A stretch of 64,000 bases of DNA from Catajapyx aquilonaris (lineage: Eukaryota): positions 1 to 64,000 of the forward strand of contig KZ538343.1 of NCBI GenBank assembly GCA_000934665.2, written 5' to 3'. This document shows positions 12,701 through 23,800 of this stretch, in pieces; the stretch's first letter is position 1, and each line of letters opens with the position of its first letter. Below the pieces are notes generated by a model. The model ran no database searches, was not told the origin of the DNA, and saw only the letters and a list, made by a program, of their open reading frames with translations. The position numbers and the translations under genes were made by a program.

Positions 12701-13925
12701 TATAAGGTGGTTGTAGACCTAAGTTATAAAGTTTTATGTTTTCAGATGTGCTGAGTTCATTACAACCATTAAAAATTGCTAAAAGAGAAATTATTTTTGT
12801 TCTTCGTGTTTGAAACATGTATTTCATAATTGTATTTCGACTTATGTGAAGGTTTTCTTGATATAGTTTTTATTACTATAGTATAATTGAGGAGTTGAGA
12901 TGCAAAGTGATCTATCGCGACATGAAAGAAATTTTCAGGAAAGCCGATTTTCTGCTGCGCCAATTTTGCGTTACTTACAGGCGCCGACTGTATGCTATGT
13001 TATCAGTGTTCACCTGAGGATTATTTAACAGCAAGAAATTGTGAGATAACAAACCTTAACTGAGTTATTAATGGTTCTTTTTCAACATAGGTCACTTTGG
13101 AAATTTTTGTCGAAGATAGATCACTTTGCACAAATCACTTTTCATTTTCCTCCTGATATTTATACAAAACGAGCTGATTGGTCATCTGCACCCCAACATC
13201 CGTCTCCAGCAGTGACATTTTATCATGTTCCTCTTCATAATTGGCCACAAACACATCTCAGAAATCAATATTCTTCTCCCATTAGCATTACCATAATGTA
13301 GCAAGAGTAACTTTTTATATCAGTGAGCCCTGCATCACCCACCCTGCTCTTTTGCAGCTTCTCTGGGACATTTGCAGTTGTCCACCTTACTCCCGGCTTG
13401 GTTTATAGAACGGCAGCCATGGAGGTATTGACATGATAATTGCTTTCTCCCCTGAGAAGGAAGTTCTGACCATTGCATTGCGACGCTTTTCTGTCTTCGT
13501 TACGTAAAGCCTTTTGCAGGCGCTCTTTACTTCTACTGAAGCTTAGGTGCAATAAAAATGCTTTTATGAGTTCAACTGTTTTATGCCTTATTCATAAAAA
13601 TACAACTTGAGTTGTCCACAACCCTTTTTTCCAGTTTAGGATGAAGCACACATTTTTTCACAAATAAGGGAATATCAGTTGTCTGAACTAGAACTTCCTA
13701 AATGCCATCTCATTCAACGTGGCAATTCACTCATGAAAAACTGGCTCTATGTGTAAATATACATAAGCCTTAATGTCAGGACTACAAGGCAATTAAATTT
13801 TTTGGGCGGTGGCTGGCTCAAAACAATTGCATTACTAGGCCCACCCACAAAAGATTGCTGACAGGGCTTCAACAAGCAAATAAACAATGCAGTATGCACC
13901 ACAACCATTAAGGTCAATCAACCAA

Positions 13926-13931
13926 TTTATT
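13926..13931 (-). promoter_or_regulatory. Candidate polyadenylation signal of nucleobindin; a second AATAAA lies at 14136-14141
   Basis: AATAAA on the minus strand about 550 nt after the stop, followed by a GT-rich tract (TGGTTGATTG...TGGTTGTGGTG). Confidence 0.45.
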
Positions 13932-14475
13932 TAACATTCTTGTTTCAATACAAGGAAAGACTCACAACCATTAAGTTAGGTTGATGTAAGCTTACATCCT
14001 GCACAAGGTGGCCCATGTTATTATTATCTAACTTTCTGTTATTTCCTTCACTTCTGTCTCCTTGCTTCCTTCTGCCTTTCCCATATTCCTCTTTCACAAA
14101 TTCAACATGCAGTGTAAAGAAATATTGTTTTAAAATTTATTGGGAGAAATTTAAGACTGAAAAATGTGTCCGTGTTGATATCGCTTATGCGGTTTGCCAT
14201 ATATGAACATTCCTTGTCAAATGAGATGGGATTCAGGAAATTATATTCTGGACATCAGGCTTCATTCCCTGGTAGTCGACTGTACAAGATTTAAAATGTC
14301 ATGGAAGAAGAAAAATCACACAACCCAGTTACTTATAAAACAAGAAAAAAATTGTAACCTGTCAATGGCTTAAAATAGAAATTAAATATTAGTAGCTTTT
14401 TACATATACTTGTCTCAAAAGTTGTCGTCAGTTCCATATGTCCAAAATGTCACATTCCTATTCACACAACAGGAC

Positions 14476-14832
14476 TTATACCTGATTTGTTTCTTGAGGA
14501 TTATGGTTCTGAGGTACAGCATTTGAAGGCTCTTGATGTTCACCTGCTGGTTGCTGTTGCTCAGCGTTATACTGCTGTTGCCCACCTTGCTGATGTGCTG
14601 GCTGTTGTCCTGGTGGCTGCAGTCCAGGCTGCTGTTGACCAGGTGGCTGTAGTCCAGGTTGCTGTTGTCCTTGTTGTTGGCCGGTATTTACTTGCTGCTG
14701 TTGTCCAGGGTGCTGCTCATACGACTGCTGTCCAGGATGTGCCTGATATTGTTGTTGCTGCTGCTGCTGCTGATACTGTTGCTGTTGGAACTGTTGCTGT
14801 GCATGCTGGTTTGGAACAGGTGGGGGTGGAAT
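14476..14832 (-). CDS. NUCB1: Nucleobindin terminal coding exon 8, Gln/Gly/Pro-rich, ends ...ETNQV-stop
   Basis: Acceptor TGTTGTTACAG|ATT, TAA at 14478-14476; ORF 14476-14850. Confidence 0.8.
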   Translation of the reverse strand: MPPPPVPNQHAQQQFQQQQYQQQQQQQQYQAHPGQQSYEQHPGQQQQVNTGQQQGQQQPGLQPPGQQQPGLQPPGQQPAHQQGGQQQYNAEQQQPAGEHQEPSNAVPQNHNPQETNQV

Positions 14833-17800
14833 CTGTAACAACAGGAGCATGCATTATGACCCTCAAAACCATTCCCAAAATCACCAGCCGATCTACACAG
14901 GAAGGACAGAAGCTTTGCAAAGTACATACAGAAGATCCAACCCTTCACCTGGCAGGTAAAAAACAATCCCACATAGCCAACACCTACACCCAGGCTTGGA
15001 AAGTGTTAACCTAAAGGAAAAGTGGCATGCAGCATTAACATCGTGGCTTCCTATGTCTCTTTTCTCTCTTCCAGCACCATGCCAATTCGTACATGTTTTT
15101 GCTGCTGGGCCTGGTGCTGTTGTTGTGGGTGACCCTGCTGCTGCTGCTGCTGCTGCTGCTGTTGAACCTGTTGCTGCGGCAGGTGGTGAAGCTGTTGTTG
15201 AGGATGGTGAATCTGTTGTTGCACATGCTGCTGAGGATGGTGAATCTGTTGTTGTGCTTGCTGCTGAGGATGGTGAATCTGTTGTTGTGCATGCTGCTGA
15301 GGATGATGAATCTGTTGCTGAGCATGCTGCTGAGGATGAACCTGTTGCTGTTGTGGGTGATAACCTTGTTGCTGTTGGGCATGATGACCCTGGAGTTGTT
15401 GTGGGTGGTAACCCTGTTGCTGATACCCTCCATGCTGATTTAATGGAGCTGCATGTGCAGGAACCATCATGGGGTGCCCTCCATACATTTGTGGTGGTGC
15501 CAGCTTTTATGCGTGAAGTTTTATAATCATAGGTGCAGCATGTGCGTGTGTGTGCATGTGTGTAGGTGTGTCAGTGAGTGAATGTATTTCAGGAATTTGT
15601 AGTGCCAAACAAACATGGGTGAGGATAAAAAAAAAGGGAAGAGAAAACAAAATCACACAACAGACAACACAAGCAATAAGGTCCTGTGGCTAAAAACCCT
15701 TATGACACATGCCACTTGGGAGGAAAGAGTATGCCCAGTATAAGTCACATCAGCTTTCTATGTTTGGGGAGAAAGTGGTCACTCATTAACTGATTTGCTG
15801 AATTTACTTGTACTTTGTAATCAATTAACTCCCAAGTAATTTTATGCAACTGATAGGAGAGTAAAAATTAAGGCCAGCCAGTGAAGAACAGTTATCTGCT
15901 GATGTGACATACTAAACAAATCACTCATGTAGATGAAAATGATCACTCAACGAGCCAACTGATGAGAGATTGTGGCTGACAAAATCCAATAGAACCACTT
16001 TCAGTTGGCCTCTCTCTCTTTTTGTGTACTTCTCTACAGTTAGGTTGTCCAGCTATATTTAAAATTGCATCATAACGGTTTGTACTAACAAGGGAACCTC
16101 TCGAAGTGTCACTCTAAGTTCAAGGTGAAATATTTTTTTTCGGGTTCCTTATCAGCTAGAAGGACAACACCCTTCTGGAGAAATCCTCGATCTCAAGCGT
16201 TTTCGAGATACAGGGGTCAAAAGGTCAAGAATGGACCACTTTATGAAGGCCCTGAGGAAGCTATCATTAGTGCTATCGGAGAGATTTTTGGGATCTAGAG
16301 GTTTCTTGGGATGGGGAATACAGTGGCATAACCGAAAATCATGAATTATGCACATGAAGGGTACTTCTCAGGGAAGGGGGTGGGAGGTGGGGGGACAAAA
16401 ATTACTATAAACAAAGTATTTTCTACTCCTTACGTCTTTAGACAGCACTGACTGGACACCCAAGTTGGTGAAGTTCATTAACTATATCATGCAAACATGA
16501 ATTATGTAGAATTTCTGAAGCACTCCTCTTGACGAAATTCACCAACTTGGGTGTCCAGTCAGTGCTGTCTAAAGACGTAAGGAGTAGAAAATACTTTGTT
16601 TATAGTAATTTTTGTCCCCCCACCTCCCACCCCCTTCCCTGAGAAGTACCCTTCATGTGCATAATTCATGATTTTCGGTTATGCCACTGTATTCCCCATC
16701 CCAAGAAACCTCTAGATCCCAAAAATCTCTCCGATAGCACTAATGATAGCTTCCTCAGGGCCTTCATAAAGTGGTCCATTCTTGACCTTTTGACCCCTGT
16801 ATCTCGAAAACGCTTGAGATCGAGGATTTCTCCAGAAGGGTGTTGTCCTTCTAGCTGATAAGGAACCCGAAAAAAAATATTTCACCTTGAACTTAGAGTG
16901 ACACTTCGAGAGGTTCCCTTGTAAGTACAGTAGTGTGGGATGATTTAGAAAGGTATTTTCATCCCTAACTCTTTGTGTCTGCGCGATTTTGAACTCTTCG
17001 GGTGGGGGTTTAAAGAGAGCGCCCTAGGTGAAAATGACTGGATCTGGCACCATTGGTTTCGCTCTTGATTAATGCACAAGAGGGGGCTGAACATTGTGAG
17101 ACATACCAACCTACGCTGCATATTGAGGTAGGGCAGCAACCGGCTCATAAACTGTGCACTGGACGGTGACGTCATCCTATTATGTCATCTACGTGGTTTT
17201 TTAAAGGTGGCTTCTACTAGTCTAAGAAATCCAAGAAAATTCTATATGGTTGCCCTGTCTCTCTGATGAATTATGAAAACATTAGTGTCCGTTTAAAATT
17301 TTAAAGGTCCGGTTTAAACGTAGATGATGTGATCCGCCGGATGCAAAAAAAAAAGGCGGCTCAAGTGGCAACCTGGCAACGTTCAGTGCTTGGTGCAGTC
17401 CGCCCGTCCAATTAGGAGCGAGGACACTCTAGACGACCAAAATGGCGCCGGGAGAGATTGCCTACCCTTCACAGATCGTTCTGATTTTTTCCCTGACGAA
17501 AAGTAAATCGCAGAATTTTGTGATTTTTAAGAATGGTTTTCAGCTGGACGTCCACATACAGGGAAATAAGCGGCCAGGAGCTGCGTGTATTTAAATTCGC
17601 ACAATAACTGTTTGTTTCAGGTTGTTTACAATGAATGAAACCTTTGGCCTATGACGTCGTGCCATTAAAATTATCACGCGAGTGGCGTAAATACACATGA
17701 ACATAGAAACTATGAACATTTCCTAAGGCTATGGTGAAAGAAATTTCCGTTGGGATTATACCAGTGAATTTTTAAAAGATTATTTTGTTTGGTTGTATTG

Positions 17801-20800
17801 TAATACAATCAAATCGGGCGCGGGAGACAAAGGGTTAAATATGATAGAAACCCAAAATGCCACTTCCGAGCTTGAACAGGGTGTTTCACTAGGTAGTCTT
17901 CCCAAAAAACCAAATATATCTTTCTTCCCACTCTACCTAGGATTATAACATTTGGTTCACAACTTACCTTAGTTCAAGGAAATGTAGCACAATATATTCA
18001 CAAATGTTGGAACTGTCCTCCACCAACATCCAGACGCACTCAAATATGACGCTCCATAATAGCCCTCGGCAGCATTTCCTCATCAATAACACTGACTGTG
18101 AGTGCTTTGGACTAATACAGTAGCAGATGCTCTCCTTCAGCAGAAGACAAAATCGAAGGGGTGAAGCACAGGCTACTGGGATCACAGAAAAAGTCACTAT
18201 GATGTTTGTCACAAGAAACTGGGTATTTTGTTTCCGTCTGCCAAAGAGTTGCAAATTGGGATGTTTGAAGAGTCGTGCTTTAAAAATAAGCCTTGATGTT
18301 AGAAGACTTGGAAAGCAACATCAATGCAGCATTGATGAGGATATGCTGCGGAGGACCTTCAATAATAATATGAAGCATTGCATTCGAGTGTGTCTGGATG
18401 TCAGTTCTAGAATTTGTTGTGAATAGTGCTACATGCCCATGAACTAAAGTAAGTTGTAAACCAAGCATCATGTGTCTAGGTAGAGTAGGAAGAACGTGGT
18501 TAGTTCTTCGGGGGGATTACCCAGTGAAACACCCTGTAGTAAAATGGCAGCAAGGGAGTTGTGTTCAGGCAGTTGCCTCATGTATGATAACAGCCCAGCT
18601 ACCTGTGGTGTCATACATTCTCCTCCCCACTGATTCAAGCTGTTTCCATAGGTAACCAGCTTTTTCTTTTCCCCTGTAGATGTGCACCTGATGGAGCATC
18701 TGCAGGAATGCCATTGAGGAACCATACTAAGGGGTAGATGCCTCAGCCACAACCCTTCGTCAGTCACACTATACATCAAGTGCAACTTTTCTGACCAGGA
18801 AGTGTATTACATGACCTACATAAGTGATCATTATTTCCTCCCAAATAGTGCAACCCTCCACAGGACACAATGAAGGAAGATGAGGTGTGGGCAACTGACC
18901 AATCCCTGCTCAATCATCCTCTGGATCTCCTCCATTCTTTGATGCTCAAACTGCTGGTATTCCTGCTGTGAATACTGCGTCTGCTGGTCCACTGTCTCCC
19001 ATCCAGGGTCCTGTTCAAATTCAGCTTTCCTGGTCTGTTCCATGAACTCCTTCAAACTGATCAGCTGGTCCCTATCTAAGTCTGTCTCATTGAAAACATG
19101 CTCTCGCATCCTTTCCATTTCCTCTACGCGTTCCTGAATGTCATCCTCGGGAGCGTTAGGGTCATACACCTTGTCCAGTTCTTTCTTGAACAAAGCCTTG
19201 ACCTCATTGGCGTCCCAGTAGCCATTGCCATCCAGGTCTGTAAGTGAAGGTAACATTGTAAGAAATGTATATTTCAACACACATAAAAATAAAAATATGC
19301 ACTTTGATAATGCAGCACTCAATCTAGTTAAAAATAACATTACAATATGATATTTATAGGTTTCTGCTTACATATTCTGTTGTGTAGTGTGCCCATCTCC
19401 ATTTATGCTATTGCAATGATACTCGAATAAAATAAACTCCTGAGTATTTTGCCATAAGACACACTGAACATGTGTTTAATTTAAAATAAATTTGTCAATA
19501 TATTGGACTGAAAGGTTCTGTTGCAGGTTTGCTTATGTTGTGAATTGCCAAAATTTTAAGTTGTTGTTGTTCATAATAATGTTAGATGAATAAGTGAACC
19601 TCAATTTTGTCTCACACTGCAGCTGTACAGCAAAAAGGGGCTGTCACAGCAGTTGGAAATGCTACACCATGGGGGAGGGGAGCTGCTTAACCCTTAGCTA
19701 CGTAGGTGGAGCCTGAGAGGCTCCAAGCACTATTTAAACGCATGTAACTTTTTCATCGAATTTTATTTTCCCCTGTCCTTCCGTGACTTTGTCAGACAAA
19801 CCTTCCTAAGCATGAAAAGGAAAGAAAATTTTTTTTAGTCCCTATTGTTTGGTTTTAAAAAATTCGTAACGAGGAACAGGTCCCTCCTGGACTCTATACT
19901 GGCTCTACCTATGCAGGTGAAGACTGAGCGGCTCAAGCATGATGTAACCTTTTAATTAAGAATTTTTCCCTGTCGGAATATGCTGACTCAGCGTGTGATT
20001 TTTACGTTATCGGAAGCCTAATGATCTGAACTGCACTTTCTGTATGTGAAAAGTCCAATATAACAATTTAGTTGATAAGCAGAAATTTAAATATACCGTT
20101 GGAGCCTCTCAGGCTCCACCTACGTAGTTAAGGGTTAACAATCCCCATCACTGGCTGCTTAAAATAATGATTTGTGTGGCTTGCTTCACTTTCCATAATT
20201 TTCCTAAGGCTAATGCAATTCATCTAGTTTCACTGAACTCCTCTCCTCTAAAGCTGCAACAGGATGTGTATGATTTCAAGATCATTTCACATTATTTTTA
20301 GCCTCTCCATCCTCTAGCAAGAAGAAAAAACATAGCTTTTCTGCTCACTTCTCTTGCAGAAATTCTACGATACCATCATTGACGTTCTCCCAAATCATAC
20401 TGACACTTGCCTCTCTCTTCTAATTAGAACTCGTGCTAGCAACCTAAGGGCTTCGAAAATTTCCACCAATACATCAGTGAACTCAATTCAGAAACACAAT
20501 CATGATGCATTAGGTATGCTGAAATGTGGGCACAGTGTTTGTGGACCTACAATAATTACGGAGTTTTTGTCATTTTTGATAACCATCTCCAATGCAAGAT
20601 ATCCTCTCCATACAAGCATCCACTTACCATGCATGAAGAAGAAGGTCTTGGGGTTGAAGTCATCAGCACTCATGTGGTCCTGCTCCTCCCAAACTTGTTC
20701 CAGCTGCTGCTTGCTTCCAGGATGGTGCAACTGAAAGTTAAAAATTACTCTGTTCACACCTTTGCTAGTCCGAATACCATAATTTATAGCTGCCGCAATC

Positions 20801-23800
20801 AAAGGCAGCAGTAAAAGAACAAGGCAAAGTATCTCACCTGAGGATGGTCATTGTGCTTCTTCTGCATTTCCTCATACTGGTGTTCAGCCTCCTTCTTATG
20901 ATCCTCATCCAGTTTCTTCAGCTTTTCCTTTCTCTCAAATTCCTTTTCCATCTCATACTGCTTGAATTCCTCTCGCCTCTTACGATCCAACTCCTCCAAG
21001 TCACGTGTTGTCTGTAAAATCAGGTAACATACAGTCAGAGTAATATCATCATCATGGCTCTGAAGAATCTACTTTGGGGATATTTTGATGAAAGTTCAGG
21101 AGAAAGCAGCACAATGAATAGGTCTTAGGAGTAAGACTGGGCTTGATTAATATGTGAGCCATAATAATGTGGGAAAACATGCAGCAAATTTTTTTTAACA
21201 CTATAAAAAATTTTCCTCATAAACTACACTTGTATTGAACATGTATACAATACTGTAAACTGTAATTATGCACCAGTATTTCCAAAATGATATACACTGT
21301 ACCCCCAATTATCCAGGTGAGTACTATCTGTGTTTCGGATTATCTGTGCATCGCCAAAAAATAAAATTCAAAATAGAAGTTTGAAAAAAATTTCAATAAG
21401 TCTCCCAAATGAAGAAATATACTTTTTCTAGAAGGTAAACTACAAAAAATCTATGGTAAGCTTTATTATTTTGATTGAACTTTAGTTAAAACAGCTTACA
21501 CAATGTAGGCTATAGTAATAAATTAAAAACCTGTGGATAGCTCATTTTTATGATATATGTGACCTTTTACCGATTATTATTTGTGTTTTCCAATTATTAT
21601 CTGTTGACACCCATGCAGTCATTAGCCCAGATAATTGGAAGTAGTGTAATACATACCAGGGCTGTCAAAAAAGTATCCAACCTTAAAATTTCCCGCAGAA
21701 ACAAATGAAGCATGGGTGGTGTCTTACAGTGGAGAGTACCTTCATGAGTATTTGTGAATTTTTCCCCGCCTGCAGAGAGGGTCAGTCGCTAGCAGTCAGC
21801 CTGGGAGTGACCAAGGGTACTTGGCGCCTGTCAGATTTTCATTTTCCCTTGAAATGACAGAACAACTTAGACATCAGTACGACCCATGACTCATCATCAG
21901 TCAGCTAGGTGTTCGGGAAGTGGGGTCACCATTTGTGGAGTCCAGCATGCCCTGCAAGACTTCCAGACGGAGTTGCTTCAGCTCCATCAGTTAGCAGCTT
22001 TGGTATGAATATCGCAGACATTTTCTGCAAGGCGAAACCTTCCTCGAAATGAAATGTACCAAACCAGTGCTTATCCCCACCTCATCTGCAAGTTCTTGGA
22101 TGGTGACACAACGGCCCTACATGACCAAAGGTCCGCATTTGGTCAATGACCTCTTCATTTCGGCTTGTTGAGGGCCTAACAGAAAGTGAATCGCTCTCCA
22201 CCAATGTTTGACCATCTTTGAAACAGTTGTACCACTGCGTAAGGGGCACAGTAGCAAAAATAAGGTAAACCAAATGACTCTGCAACTATAGCTGTCGAAG
22301 TGAGCCTACTGATTGTTGGTACAACAATAGAAAGCATTTGTTGCCCCCCTCTCAAACAATCCCCTGTGGCCCCGTCTCGTTGCCATACCACCTCCCCGCT
22401 CAACACTTGAACCTAATGGACTCACTTCTAGCCTCGTATCTCTCCTGCGACAAGCAATGCCTCTGGCGACGACCCCAACAAACTTGTTTATGCATGACTG
22501 CATAGGAGGATTTGACATTGTCTACATTTCTGCAGCTGTGTGGCCACCAAAATGGTTCAATTACCACAAAAATTGCACCCAAAAACAAGTAGATGATCTG
22601 GCGTAGGGCACCTAGTTTGTCTTTTTTCCATTTTCAGCCTAGAAATGACCTTTATGGCGAGTTGAAGTGAGAGGAAAACTGCGTCTCCAAAAAGTCCATT
22701 TGATTGGCGGAAGGAATCGAAAGAAAATCGGACACATTTCTGTGGCCTACGCATACAATTTTAATTCAATCATGTCAAGTATGGTACCATTGTCAAGGCC
22801 AAACCTTTACACAGGGCACCTAGTTAGTATTTTTCCAGATTAACGACAAGTTTTGGGACAAAAAAATTAGTACCCTACAAAATGCGTTCCCATATTTTTG
22901 CTACTGCACCTCCTTATATGTGTGATGCCCTTGGCATCGTCACCGAAAGCCTTCTGAATCTCCGAAATGGTTTCCACTTCGGCATTGCCAATCTTGATTT
23001 GATTTGATGCAATATACCACTATTCAACTCATTCTGCCATTTCGGGGAAATGAATATATGACAGGCGCCGAGTACCCTCAGTCACTCACAGGCTGACTGC
23101 CAATGACTGACCCTCTCTGCCGGTGGGAAAAAATTCACAATACTCATGATGGTACTCTCATCTCCCCACCGGCGGACACCTCTCGTGCTTCATTTGTTTC
23201 CGTGGAAAAAATTAAGGTCGGATACTTTTTGGACAGCCCTTGTACATGCATAAAATGGGCATAACCAGAAAGCCCAGATATTTGCAATGGAATATAGGTT
23301 TACCCAGTGGCCTATTATTCCCTAGCTGCATGCACTATACAATTTATATAGCCTCTTACCTGCAAAATCAGCTTCTTTAGATCGTCAACCTCAAAAGTGT
23401 GTGGATTCTTATGGTCCAAATGAGATGGTATCTTCAGTTTCTTCTTGTCCATCCCCTTCTCCCTCTCATATTCCTCAATAGCAAGGTGTCTCAGCCTCTC
23501 CAGTTCCTGCCTCTTCAGCTCATCCAGGCGAGTTCGAACATTGTGGTTCACAAACTCCAGCTCCTTTGCGATCTTGCCTGACTGGTTTCAGATTAGAGAA
23601 TTTTGAAAAACCAGTTTCCCACATATTGCAAATAGTATGGTACCTGTATACAGGGTGCAGGGAAACTCGCGGAGAATCGCCAGGTAGACTGATAGTACTC
23701 ACAAAACTAATATAGGGATGTGCAGTTAGTTTTGGGCTCAGGTGCGTAGTTAATGCGTATGATGCCGTTAAAGTGTAGTGTGTCAGACAGTAGAATGAGG

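Noticed and set aside
13050..13550. Possible old non-LTR retrotransposon remnant on the minus strand (WSELPSQG-like fragment)
   Set aside because: Resemblance is weak and broken by stops; it needs a translated search.
14487..15526. Plus-strand Val/Ala/Leu-rich ORFs and alternative-frame Asn/Ser ORFs
   Set aside because: They are shadows of the CAG/CAA-rich nucleobindin exons 7-8.
16152..16858. Two identical 67-aa ORFs on opposite strands
   Set aside because: They result from the palindrome and have no recognisable protein motif.
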